DNA of 64,000 nucleotides from Chloroflexota bacterium (GCA_026390015.1 JAPLGS010000103.1:41941-105940), one strand, 5' to 3'; counted from the first letter of the stretch, positions 52,344 through 62,365 are shown. Numbers and translations: made by a program. The notes: generated by a model not told the origin, from the sequence alone.

Positions 52344-53122
52344 ATGCAAGAGAACCATTCTTACCTGCCGTCGGCTGATCGATTGGGCGTTTTGATCGCC
52401 TCAATTTTATTGACATTTGCGCTGACAAGGCTGATCGAATCCCCGCAATTCACACTGACATTTGCCCTGCCTGGCTTTTATTTTTCTTATCCTATTACCC
52501 TAAGTTCCGCGATGGCTTTGTTGTCTGCTGCGCTGAGCGCCACAGGTATGAGTTGGTTAACCCGCGAACATCCTGCGCTGGGGGAAAAACCGAATATCGA
52601 GCATATCATGCTGCCAACGCTGACTACTTTCGTTATAGGCGCTCCGCTGACTCTACTGCCAAATGGATTGGCCTGGTGGATCGGTTTTTCATTTGCCGCG
52701 GCCGTGCTGGTGATCGTCTTTCTGGCAGAGTACATCACCATAGACCCTTCTGCCCCAACCTATGGATTCGCGCGCGCAGGATTGACCGCGCTGGCCTACG
52801 CATTATTCCTTATTCTCACCACCTCACTGCGCTATTCAGGTGCGCGCATGTTCTTACTCGTGCCAGCTATTTTCATTGTGGCGGCACTCATCAGCCTGCG
52901 CATCCTTCATCTAGACGGTGCAGATCGCTGGGATTTTCCGTGGGCAATTGGCATCGGCATCGTCTGCGCGCAAGTGAGTGCAGGCTTAAATTACTGGCCG
53001 CTGATTATGCGTTGACTATGTTATCTGTCAGCCTTGCGGAAAATATTCCGCTACGCCGCGCCGCGCTTGGCCCCGCTGTCATCGTTGGCATTGCTTGGGT
53101 CTCGGCAATATTTTTACGTTAA
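52344..53122 (+). pseudogene. Polytopic membrane protein, frameshifted or deleted near 53004
   Basis: Frame ends ...NYWPLIMR* at 53015. A second frame continues YALTMLSVSLAENIPLRRAALGPAVIVGIAWVSAIFLR* to 53122, whose stop overlaps the next ATG. Confidence 0.65.
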
Positions 53123-53526
53123 TGAATTCCCTCACTCTCACAACTGAACAACTACAAAAAATGATCGCGCATGTCCAAATGCATGCGCCACTCGAGGCAT
53201 GCGGTCTTTTGGCAGGGCGAGGCTCAACAGTGGAAGCTGTGCTCCCGGTGGCGAATCAGGCTCAAAGCGAAGTGAGATTTTTGATGGATCCCATCGAGCA
53301 GTACCAAGCCTTTGAATGGATCGACTCAAATGAACTGGAATTGATCGGGATCTTCCACTCGCATCCAGCGGGGCCCGAAACTGTTTCGCCAACTGACATA
53401 ACGCAGGCCGCCTATGCTGTTGTGCAGATCATCCTTGCGCCCGTGGAAAACGCGGAAATGTGGCGCGCCCGCGGTTTTTGGCTGGAGGCTGACTCCTATC
53501 GTGAAGTGATTTTACAGATACTCTAA
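53119..53526 (+). CDS. JAB/Mov34 (M67) metallopeptidase
   Basis: PLEACGLLAG, IFHSHP....VSPTD JAMM motif. Confidence 0.9.
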   Translation, partial: LMNSLTLTTEQLQKMIAHVQMHAPLEACGLLAGRGSTVEAVLPVANQAQSEVRFLMDPIEQYQAFEWIDSNELELIGIFHSHPAGPETVSPTDITQAAYAVVQIILAPVENAEMWRARGFWLEADSYREVILQIL

Positions 53527-53600
53527 GCAACCTTATTTCATTTCACGTGTTTTTATCACTACATTTCATCACATAGACATAATTCTCTGGAGGAGTTTCA

Positions 53601-54290
53601 ATGCAAATCGCATTCAATATTGGGGTAATTTTTCTGGCTTATTTACTTGGCTCAGTCCCCTTTGGATTGCTGATCGTTAAACTAAAAACAGGAAAAGATA
53701 TTCGTGAAGTGGAAAGCGGCCGCACCGGCGGGACGAATGCCATGCGCGCGGCAGGTTTTTGGGCTGGCATTTTCACCGCCATTCTCGATATTTTGAAAGG
53801 CGCTGCCGCTGTCTGGCTGGCTCAATGGCTTACAAAAGATAACCAGTGGGTGCATGTGATTGCGCCCATTGCCGCGATTCTCGGACACAACTATTCCATT
53901 TTTCTTGCGGAACGGACTGAGAAGGGAAACTTCCGTTTGCGCGGCGGCGCGGGCGGCGCACCCTCCATCGGCGGCGCAATGGGACTTTGGCCCGCTTCAG
54001 TGCTGATCATTCTGCCACTCGGCATGTTGACCTTCTTCACCATCGGCATCGCATCCATTACTACAATATCAGTGGCGTTGTTTGCCATCATTGTCTTTGC
54101 CGTCCGGGCATTACTGTTCGGTGGTCAATGGGTAGATGTTTGGTATGGCGTGGGCGCGGAAATTTTGCTCATGTGGGCATTGCGTCCAAATCTCAAAAAA
54201 TTATTCGAAGGCAACGAACGCGTGTTGAAATATAGTTTGAACGGCTGGCTGAGGGCGAGGCGTGAAGTGAAGAACATCAGTGATCAATGA
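53601..54290 (+). CDS. plsY: Glycerol-3-phosphate acyltransferase PlsY
   Basis: YLLGSVPFG, DIR..ESGRTGGTN..R, DILKG, GHNYSIF, GGAG. Confidence 0.9.
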   Translation: MQIAFNIGVIFLAYLLGSVPFGLLIVKLKTGKDIREVESGRTGGTNAMRAAGFWAGIFTAILDILKGAAAVWLAQWLTKDNQWVHVIAPIAAILGHNYSIFLAERTEKGNFRLRGGAGGAPSIGGAMGLWPASVLIILPLGMLTFFTIGIASITTISVALFAIIVFAVRALLFGGQWVDVWYGVGAEILLMWALRPNLKKLFEGNERVLKYSLNGWLRARREVKNISDQ

Positions 54291-54400
54291 AAAAAATGAT
54301 TAGTGTCATTATTTACTGACTCAATCTCGCACGTGTGCCAATCTACCACTTGCGGATTCTGCGTTGATATAAGACTCATAATTACTTTTCACTATCCCCG

Positions 54401-55414
54401 CTACTTCCCATACCTCTTGCGAATCTCCGGCAAGAAATAATCATCGAAGAATCGGTCCACATCATAATCGGGTTTCCAGTTCCATTCGGAGCGGGCCAGC
54501 GAATCATCCACATCTTCAGGCCAGGAGTCAACGATACCCTGTCGGCGCGGATTTGAGTCAAAGGTGATGTTCGCATCTGCGAAAGCCTTGAGCGCGCGCT
54601 GACGGAATTCATCGGCGGTGATCGCGAAGGCCGCAATATTGTAAACACTATTGGAAAGTTTTTCGCGCGGCACATCCATCAACATCAATAAAGATTTGAT
54701 CGCATCCGGCATGGCCATGAAGGAAATTTTCGTGTCGGCGCGCACAAAACATGAATACGGTTTACCCTGCGTCGCAGCGTGCAGCATCTCGGGACCGTAG
54801 TCACTGGTGCCGCCGCTGGGCAAGGTGAAGGCGCTGACCAGCCCGGGAAAGCGAATCGCCCGAAAGTCGAGCATGACCGGCGGGTTTTCATCCAAATGTT
54901 TCTGGCCATAATATTTCCCGTAATACATCCCCAATTTTTCACAATACAATTTATTACATCCGTACATAGTATGCGGCATATTCCAATCATCTTCTTTCAC
55001 CGCCCCCGCTTTATTTTTCTCTTCAATACTCGGCATCCCATACGCAGCGATGGAACTTGGAAATAAGAACTTGACAGCCTTGCCATATTTTTCAGAACGA
55101 TAGGCCGCCAGCATCAGCAGCTGCATCGTGCCTTCCACATTGATTCGATGCGCCTCTTCAGTTGCGACCTCAGCTTTTGAAGAAAGCGAAGCCGCAAGAT
55201 GAAAGATAATATCGAAATCGTAATCATAAAAAGTTTTGATCTTATAAACCAGATCCCCCTGTACATGCTCTGCCGAAAGTGTTTTGATCGAATCCGTCAG
55301 CGGCATAAAATCTGCAGTCACAATTCGATAGCCGCCCCGTTTCGCCAGTTCCTGTACGAGCGCCTGACCAATTTCACCGCACGCGCCCGTCACAAGCACT
55401 TGTTTTTCGCTCAT
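54401..55414 (-). CDS. NAD-dependent epimerase/dehydratase (SDR; L-threonine 3-dehydrogenase-like)
   Basis: LVTGACGEIG, HLAASLS, MYGCNK, GGTSDYG. Confidence 0.85.
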   Translation of the reverse strand: MSEKQVLVTGACGEIGQALVQELAKRGGYRIVTADFMPLTDSIKTLSAEHVQGDLVYKIKTFYDYDFDIIFHLAASLSSKAEVATEEAHRINVEGTMQLLMLAAYRSEKYGKAVKFLFPSSIAAYGMPSIEEKNKAGAVKEDDWNMPHTMYGCNKLYCEKLGMYYGKYYGQKHLDENPPVMLDFRAIRFPGLVSAFTLPSGGTSDYGPEMLHAATQGKPYSCFVRADTKISFMAMPDAIKSLLMLMDVPREKLSNSVYNIAAFAITADEFRQRALKAFADANITFDSNPRRQGIVDSWPEDVDDSLARSEWNWKPDYDVDRFFDDYFLPEIRKRYGK

Positions 55415-55466
55415 GTTCGCTCCTTATATGCTAGAATAAAGTTTACATTATTTTACGACACAATCC

Positions 55467-56306
55467 ATGAAAACCTGTTATCAAAAATATCTTATATCAT
55501 TACGAGGGCCTTCGTCATTGCGAGGACTATGCTCTGTCGCCCTCCTCGCAATGACGATGATCTTCACATCCTGCAGTTCATTGGATTCTTTGAATGTTAC
55601 GCCTGTTGAAATTCCTGCAACTGAGACAGCGCTTCCCTCGCCGACCATAGACTGGTTCCCGTCAACAGCCACTCCTACGCTGGGAGTTTTCGCCACCCAC
55701 CCAGCCACCCCAGAGATGCGTCCCGGCCTCGGCGCAACCTCCGTCACGGACGATTTCTCCGACCCATCCATTTGGGACATTGCCGCATCTGATGAAGCCA
55801 GCGCAGCCATTGAAAACAACAGGCTGGTGCTCGCCGCGCAAAGCGGAGTATATATGCTCAGCTTCCGCCACGATCTTGCGCTGGATGATCACTACGCGGA
55901 GATCACCGCGCGCCCAAGTTTATGCCGCGGCAATGATGAGTATGGAATTTTAATACGCGCCAGCACAGCCGCATATTATCGCATTGCATTATCGTGCAAT
56001 GGAACAGTTCATGTTGACAGGCTGAACCATGGAACAAAACTGACCCTGCAAAAACCACTTCCCAGCGGTGATGTGCCTCCGGGCGCGCCGGGCGAAGTCC
56101 GCATTGGGATATGGGCGGTCGGTGCAGAAATGCGTCTATTCCTGAACGGGCGCTATCAGTTCAGCATCCGCGAGCCAAGTTTCCCAAGTGGAACGATCGG
56201 GGTCTTCGTTAGCTCAGCCGGTGACACCGCCGTAATCGTATCGTTCTCGGATCTGGTGATCCAAAATGTGGATTACAGCCTGCCAACCAGAACACCGCTG
56301 CCATAA
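55467..56306 (+). CDS. Putative lipoprotein with concanavalin-like (DUF1080-type) beta domain; signal region contains a REP-like element
   Basis: FTSC lipobox, Pro/Thr linker, DDFSD..W...YGILIR...YY...G.IG..V beta pattern. Confidence 0.65.
   Translation: MKTCYQKYLISLRGPSSLRGLCSVALLAMTMIFTSCSSLDSLNVTPVEIPATETALPSPTIDWFPSTATPTLGVFATHPATPEMRPGLGATSVTDDFSDPSIWDIAASDEASAAIENNRLVLAAQSGVYMLSFRHDLALDDHYAEITARPSLCRGNDEYGILIRASTAAYYRIALSCNGTVHVDRLNHGTKLTLQKPLPSGDVPPGAPGEVRIGIWAVGAEMRLFLNGRYQFSIREPSFPSGTIGVFVSSAGDTAVIVSFSDLVIQNVDYSLPTRTPLP
55512..55557. repeat. Short GTCATTGC-family palindrome inside the 55467 ORF
   Basis: Perfect 14-bp IR tcgtcattgcgagg / cctcgcaatgacga, preceded by a degenerate half copy tcattacgaggg at 55497. 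Confidence 0.75.
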
Positions 56307-56333
56307 TAGATTGGTGATTTTGGATTTCCAACA

Positions 56334-57326
56334 ATGATCAACTCTTCGAATTTCATCCATCTCCCATACACCCCTGATCTCACTGAAGGCGGGATCGCGT
56401 ATGCGCTGCGATCTTTGCTTTATTCTATTGATGATACAAGCGAAAACCTATACGACCGGCTGCGCCGTTTGGTGGCAGAAGCGGCTGTGGAGCTGGCATT
56501 TCGGCGTCATCTTTCACAGCAGGCTGTTCCCTTTGACGTAACATCTGCAATGCCATTCACCGACCCGGGGAAATTTTTTGTTGAACTTGGCAGACATCGC
56601 TGTGATATAAAATCGTTTCTCGTTTCACATCGTGATCAAATTTCAGAAATGCATCGCAACCCAAACGTGATCTTGAACGCGCCCGCACTTGTGCTGTCAG
56701 ATCATCACATGATCGATGGGCATACAGATAACGATCTATATCTATTCACGTTTCTTTCAGGGTTGCTCGCGGCTTCGCAGGATGATCTAAAAAAAGTAAT
56801 AAAAACAAATCAACCACATTATTTGATGTATGCCATGCCGGCAGCCTGGCGCAAACCGTTGAAATGGAATCCGCTTGGGCCGCTGGTTTTGAAGTCCGAA
56901 TCAGTGGCAGAGCTGCTGATCGAAATCAGCGGTCAGGATGGGGCACGGGGGTTTTTTACGCGGTTGGTGAATCTGCCGCCGAAGACACGTGTCACCATCG
57001 AAGATCCCTTTTATTCGATCACATCGGTTCATGCCAAAAATATGCCTTCAGCGCGTTTGGGAATCCATAGTCGGGCATATCCGCAAGCGCATGTGATCTC
57101 AGCGTTTGAGTGGGGAAACATTTGGGTGTATGGCATGCAGATCATCCTGACGGGTTTTATTTCACGCGGTGAGTTTCGGCAGCGCGCGAAACTGCTCGCG
57201 CCGAATTCGCGTGTCTTCCAATATGCTCATACAAAAATAAAGAATCTGGCCGTGCCGGTCTCAAATTTGAATCCATTAGCGGATCTGTTTACGCGTGTGC
57301 AGGAATGGAAAGCCGCGCAGGCATGA
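56334..57326 (+). CDS. Hypothetical protein, possibly PD-(D/E)xK nuclease-like fold
   Basis: 330 aa soluble ORF; AVELAF...RCDIKS pattern only. Confidence 0.6.
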   Translation: MINSSNFIHLPYTPDLTEGGIAYALRSLLYSIDDTSENLYDRLRRLVAEAAVELAFRRHLSQQAVPFDVTSAMPFTDPGKFFVELGRHRCDIKSFLVSHRDQISEMHRNPNVILNAPALVLSDHHMIDGHTDNDLYLFTFLSGLLAASQDDLKKVIKTNQPHYLMYAMPAAWRKPLKWNPLGPLVLKSESVAELLIEISGQDGARGFFTRLVNLPPKTRVTIEDPFYSITSVHAKNMPSARLGIHSRAYPQAHVISAFEWGNIWVYGMQIILTGFISRGEFRQRAKLLAPNSRVFQYAHTKIKNLAVPVSNLNPLADLFTRVQEWKAAQA

Positions 57327-57411
57327 AAAAAATTGCCCAGTAATTGACCATGAATCTGCATGATTTTCCCCTTGCTTATTCGTTTTTAAGGTAATATTAT
57401 GAACATAGAAC

Positions 57412-58236
57412 ATGGAATCTACAAAACAAGAACCCACTCCGAAACCTGACCCGAGACCTGCGCGAAAAACAACAGCCAAACTGCGCACCTCAAACGCGTT
57501 TACAACCACATTGGGTGTTGCGATCCTGGTCGCGACTCTCTTTACCGCGTGGACTCCAGCGAGTATATTCTCAAACAACTTTCAAGAGCAATTGCTTTTG
57601 ATTCTCACGCCGCAAGCGGAAACGAATCCAATCATCATTACCTCTCAGCCGCAGTTGCGCATCGGCATTGTCGCGGGACATTCCGGCAACGACTCTGGCG
57701 CTGTCTGCTACGATGAAAATGGGCAAGTGACGCTTACAGAAGTCGATGTGAATAGCAAGATCGCCAACCTCGTAAAGGATAATCTCGTCGCGGAAAGCTA
57801 TCAAGTTGACCTGCTCAATGAGTTCGATACGCGCTTGAACGGGTATCGCGCCGTGGTGCTTCTTTCCATTCACAATGACTCCTGTGAATATGTAAACGAC
57901 CAGGCGACTGGTTTCAAAGTGGCATCATCGCTTAATACGCATGATATTAACCGCGCGCAGCGTCTAACCGCATGTCTGGTGGATAGGTATGAACACACAA
58001 CAGGAATGACCTTCCATGCAGGCAGCATCACCGCCGATATGCGCGAGTATCATGCCTTTTCTGAAGTTGACCCGAATACGATCACAGCTATTATTGAAAC
58101 CGGATTTTTATATCTCGATCGTGAAATACTTACCACAGAAACTGCGCGGGTGGCGCAGGGAGTAACTCAGGGGATTCTGTGCTTCCTCAAGAACGAAAGC
58201 GTGCCGCCAACACCACTCCCGACTGTTGCACCATGA
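57412..58236 (+). CDS. Membrane-anchored N-acetylmuramoyl-L-alanine amidase (Amidase_3)
   Basis: IGIVAGH.G.DSGA, LTEVDVN, LSIHND, IIETGF (H, E, H, E); N-terminal TM. Confidence 0.88.
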   Translation: MESTKQEPTPKPDPRPARKTTAKLRTSNAFTTTLGVAILVATLFTAWTPASIFSNNFQEQLLLILTPQAETNPIIITSQPQLRIGIVAGHSGNDSGAVCYDENGQVTLTEVDVNSKIANLVKDNLVAESYQVDLLNEFDTRLNGYRAVVLLSIHNDSCEYVNDQATGFKVASSLNTHDINRAQRLTACLVDRYEHTTGMTFHAGSITADMREYHAFSEVDPNTITAIIETGFLYLDREILTTETARVAQGVTQGILCFLKNESVPPTPLPTVAP

Positions 58237-58943
58237 ACAATTTGCCCGATTCTCCACGACGAGGTCAGTTATACCCAGCGTTGATCATTTTCTTGATCTG
58301 TACTGTGGTCGGAGTTGCGGCATGGACGGCCAGTTCATCGCCTGCATTTGGTTTGACGAGCGAGGAGCCAACTCCCACACATTCAAATCCGTTTGCGTTG
58401 GCGCAGATCGCAAAACCTACCTACACACCATCCCCAACCATTCCGCCCTCTGCGACCCTCCAGCCGACAAACACACCCGAATCATTGGCAATTGCAGAGA
58501 TCGTGCTAGATACGCCAAGAACCGAATATGCCGCGCCAATAAATCCGTCCGCGGCGGTCTATAGCGGAAACAAATATATTCTGGTGGACATCTCTGAACA
58601 ACACATGTATGTATATGAAGGCGACACGGTTGTTTATAGCTTCGTCTCGTCCACTGGAATGGGGAATGCCACACGCGTTGGATTGTTCAGTGTGTTGGAT
58701 AAAATCCCGAGCGCATACGGGGCCACCTGGGATATCTGGATGCCGAACTGGCTTGGCATATACTACTCTGGCAGTTTGGAAAATGGGATTCACGCCCTGC
58801 CAATCCTTCCAAACGGAGCAACCTTATGGGAAGGATATTTGGGTGTGCCAATTTCCTTTGGATGCATAGTGCTCGGAACGTATGAAGCTCAACTCCTCTA
58901 TGATTGGGCAGAGCTCGGCACACCTGTTGAGATTCAATGGTAA
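58233..58943 (+). CDS. L,D-transpeptidase (YkuD) no. 1
   Basis: ILVDISEQHMYVY, STG, GIHAL...SFGCIVL. ATG overlaps the amidase stop (ATGA). Confidence 0.88.
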   Translation: MNNLPDSPRRGQLYPALIIFLICTVVGVAAWTASSSPAFGLTSEEPTPTHSNPFALAQIAKPTYTPSPTIPPSATLQPTNTPESLAIAEIVLDTPRTEYAAPINPSAAVYSGNKYILVDISEQHMYVYEGDTVVYSFVSSTGMGNATRVGLFSVLDKIPSAYGATWDIWMPNWLGIYYSGSLENGIHALPILPNGATLWEGYLGVPISFGCIVLGTYEAQLLYDWAELGTPVEIQW

Positions 58944-59012
58944 CAAACAGATCTTTTCGAAAGCCTAAGGCTTATAATTACGTTTACATGTTTACTTTAC
59001 CGAAGGTGACCC

Positions 59013-60209
59013 ATGAATGATCGTTTTATCGAATCCCGTGAAGCTTTATCGTACGCCCGCCAGGCTTTGAAAAATGGATCCATGGCAGAAGCGCGTCAAT
59101 GGGCGGAACGCGCTGCCGAGCTTGCCCCCCAGAGCGAAGATCCGTTGCTGGTACTTGCGGCGGCGGTCAGCCCGTCCGAAAGTATGGAATATATCCGCAA
59201 GGCGCTGGAGGCGAATCCGGATAGTCCGCGCGCAAAGAAGGGGATGCAATGGGCCATGCAAAGAGTCAGCCAGACTCCAAAAGCTGGGGCCAGCCCAAGT
59301 AAACAGGAGCAGGTCAGGGAGCCGGTAAAGAGCGAAAGTGTAAAAAATCCAAAGAAGCGTAAGCTGCTCCCCATCCTATTGATCGTGATGGGATGCGCTG
59401 TCTTTTTATTTGCGGCATGGTCGGCGGTGACATCGCCCGTGCTTGCATCCATTCTCAACATGGCTGTGCCAAAAGCAGTGCAAGCGCCCATGCATCTGCA
59501 ATCATTTGCACAGGTGGATATTGCGAAACCAGTCGTGGTGGATGCGCCCGCAATAGCACAACCGACAGCACGGGCATCAACACCAACAGCAACGAGCCAA
59601 TCGGAGATTGCCAGTGTTGCTCCGACAAATACACAACAAGTAGTGCAGGCGGCAGTTGCTCCAATAAACACGCAAATCGCTGAAGCGACGGATGCGCCGA
59701 CGAATACTCCAATTGTCGCGCCGACCGAAGCACTGCCCGAGACAACGAGCATACCCGGTGCGGTATTTGCCGAGATCGTGGCAGATACCCCGACGTCTGA
59801 ATTCGCTGCGCCGACGACTGCGGCAAATATTGTCCCATCAACGACCGGGAGCGGTGGCGAGCATTGGATCGACGTTGATCTTTCACAACAGCGCGTGTAT
59901 GCGTATGAAGGCGATACTGTCGTCAATTCTTTTATTGTTTCAACCGGTACATGGCAAACACCAACCGTGACCGGTCAATACCATATTTGGATCAAACTGC
60001 TTTCGACGCCCATGTCTGGTCCAGGATACTATTTACCAGGCGTTCCCTACACGATGTATTTTTACAAAGGCTATGCCCTGCACGGCACTTACTGGCATAA
60101 TAATTTTGGCACGCCCATGAGTCACGGCTGTGTCAATCTTTCAATCCCTGATTCTGAGTGGTTATATAATTTTTCTTCCGTTGGAACATTGGTGAATGTA
60201 CATTATTAA
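59013..60209 (+). CDS. L,D-transpeptidase no. 2 with N-terminal TPR, TM and Thr/Pro/Ala linker
   Basis: IDVDLSQQRVYAY, STG...TPT, ALHGTYWHNNFGTPMSHGCVNL. Confidence 0.92.
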   Translation: MNDRFIESREALSYARQALKNGSMAEARQWAERAAELAPQSEDPLLVLAAAVSPSESMEYIRKALEANPDSPRAKKGMQWAMQRVSQTPKAGASPSKQEQVREPVKSESVKNPKKRKLLPILLIVMGCAVFLFAAWSAVTSPVLASILNMAVPKAVQAPMHLQSFAQVDIAKPVVVDAPAIAQPTARASTPTATSQSEIASVAPTNTQQVVQAAVAPINTQIAEATDAPTNTPIVAPTEALPETTSIPGAVFAEIVADTPTSEFAAPTTAANIVPSTTGSGGEHWIDVDLSQQRVYAYEGDTVVNSFIVSTGTWQTPTVTGQYHIWIKLLSTPMSGPGYYLPGVPYTMYFYKGYALHGTYWHNNFGTPMSHGCVNLSIPDSEWLYNFSSVGTLVNVHY

Positions 60210-61273
60210 TGGGAAGGAAATTGGCAAAGACAGGTGAAAAGGTTTTATTGTTGAATACTTTATCACGGCGAGATTTTTTGAAATTGAGCGGTTTTGGGCT
60301 GACAGGCTTGCTTGCGCCTCCGCTCAATTTTCTTTTAAATGATCCCTTCACCGCCCAACAGGGACGCATCACCACGCGCATGGTCTGGATGTTTGACCGC
60401 CCATCCTATGAGGCGCTACAAGTAAAAATATGTCAGCGTGATACGCTGGTAAATATCACCAACACCGCCATCAGCGATGATGAAACCTCCCATAATCGTG
60501 TTTGGTATGAGATCGGCCAGGAAGGCTATCTATATTCTGGAAATATCCAGCCCGTCCGCACGATCCTGAATATACCGCGCATGGACATTCCTAAAGAAGG
60601 ATTACTGGCCGAAATAAGCGTGCCTTATACCGACGCGCACGAAGCCGCAGACATAACATCCAAAGTCGCCTACCGCATGTATTACGAAACCACGCACTGG
60701 ATTAAATCTGTGGAAACCAACCCGCAGGATGGACAGGTCTGGTATCAGGTGCGCGACGATAAATGGAATAATCTATATTACGCGCGCGCAGAACATATCC
60801 GCATCATCACGGCGGAAGAATTAGCTCCGATCACTCCGGAGATTCCAGTTGAAAACAAAAAGATAATTGTGCGCCTCAATGAACAACTCGTGGCCGCTTA
60901 TGAAAATGATTCTCCGGTATTTGTAACGCCGGTTTCCACGGGGGGTATTTTAAGGGTTGGCACATACACAACACCGAAAGGCTCGTTCATCACGAATTAC
61001 AAACGCCCGTCCCGCCACATGGCCGCCGGTGACATCGCGGCCAGCGGTTTTGATCTGCCCGGCGTGCCCTGGGTACAATACATTACAAAAAGCGGAATAT
61101 CCTTCCACGGAACTTTCTGGCATAATGATTTTGGCCGTCCGCGCTCGCATGGCTGTATTAATCTCTCTGTACAAGCCGCAAAATGGCTGTACCGCTGGAC
61201 CTCGCCCGAGGCTTCTCTGGCAAAGGAATTCTCCTACGATTTCACAGGAACCAGGGTTGAGATCGTAGTGTAA
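60209..61273 (+). CDS. Tat-exported L,D-transpeptidase no. 3
   Basis: SRRDFLK twin-arginine; SFHGTFWHNDFGRPRSHGCINL. Confidence 0.92.
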   Translation: MGRKLAKTGEKVLLLNTLSRRDFLKLSGFGLTGLLAPPLNFLLNDPFTAQQGRITTRMVWMFDRPSYEALQVKICQRDTLVNITNTAISDDETSHNRVWYEIGQEGYLYSGNIQPVRTILNIPRMDIPKEGLLAEISVPYTDAHEAADITSKVAYRMYYETTHWIKSVETNPQDGQVWYQVRDDKWNNLYYARAEHIRIITAEELAPITPEIPVENKKIIVRLNEQLVAAYENDSPVFVTPVSTGGILRVGTYTTPKGSFITNYKRPSRHMAAGDIAASGFDLPGVPWVQYITKSGISFHGTFWHNDFGRPRSHGCINLSVQAAKWLYRWTSPEASLAKEFSYDFTGTRVEIVV

Positions 61274-61307
61274 GAATCCAGACGCAAAGGAACGTCTGCT
61301 AAAAACA

Positions 61308-62336
61308 ATGATGAAAGATATTCCGCTCTCCCGCCGTGACTTTCTAAAACTTTCCGCTTCGGGCGCACTCGCGCTTGTTCTATCCGAAATGGGCATTGAC
61401 CGTGCTTTAGCCGCTCCGCCCACCTCGCAGGGACGCATCACCTGGAGCGGCATTCCGCTTTTCGACGCACCCTCATTAAATGCATACAAACTGAATCTCT
61501 TCGGAATGGATCAGGTCATAGATCTCAAAGCCGAGGTGGATGGTGACACAGGCTATGGAAATCCGTTCAATCGGATTTGGTATCAATTGGACGGCGGATA
61601 CACTTACTCAGGCTGGATCCAACCGGTTGAGACAATGTACCAAAAACCCGTTTATGAGATCCCCATCACAGGCAAACTCGGCGAAATCACCGTGCCGATG
61701 AGTCTCACTTATGTTGACCCATTTTTTAACGCAAAAAACAAACATCGGTTATATTATGGAACCACTCATTGGATAAAAAAAGTAGTAGTAACCCGTGAAG
61801 AGAAAAGCATCTGGTACGAGATCTATGACAACGTGCTTAAGCGATCTTTTTATGTTCCATCCTACAATATGCGCCTCGTTCCGCCCGAGGAATTGACCAT
61901 GCTTTCTGCAGAAGTTCCCGCCGCTGACAAATTGATCCACGTTGATCTCGCGACACAAATGGTGACCGCCTTCGAAGGCGAGAAGATGGTATTTTCATCA
62001 CGTTGTTCCAGCGGCCAGCAAGGGACGGCTACCCCGGTTGGGAAATACTCCACTTTTCACAAATGGCCATCCGTCCACATGACGAATCAAGGGGATGCCG
62101 TGAATAATATTTATAATCTAGCCGGCGTGCCATGGTGTTCATTTTTTACAGGTTTCGGTCACGCATTTCACGGGGCGTATTGGCATAACGACTATGGCCG
62201 CCCGCGCAGCCACGGTTGTGTGAATCTGCCATCAGCGGATGCCAAATGGTTATATCGCTGGACCAATCCCCTGGTCCCGCCTGACGAGGATTATTTGTAT
62301 CTGCCCGGCGAGGGGACACCGGTCATTATCGTATAA
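61308..62336 (+). CDS. Tat-exported L,D-transpeptidase no. 4
   Basis: SRRDFLK twin-arginine; AFHGAYWHNDYGRPRSHGCVNL. Confidence 0.92.
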   Translation: MMKDIPLSRRDFLKLSASGALALVLSEMGIDRALAAPPTSQGRITWSGIPLFDAPSLNAYKLNLFGMDQVIDLKAEVDGDTGYGNPFNRIWYQLDGGYTYSGWIQPVETMYQKPVYEIPITGKLGEITVPMSLTYVDPFFNAKNKHRLYYGTTHWIKKVVVTREEKSIWYEIYDNVLKRSFYVPSYNMRLVPPEELTMLSAEVPAADKLIHVDLATQMVTAFEGEKMVFSSRCSSGQQGTATPVGKYSTFHKWPSVHMTNQGDAVNNIYNLAGVPWCSFFTGFGHAFHGAYWHNDYGRPRSHGCVNLPSADAKWLYRWTNPLVPPDEDYLYLPGEGTPVIIV

Positions 62337-62365
62337 CTCAATCATAAAGATCACAAGGAGTAGAA

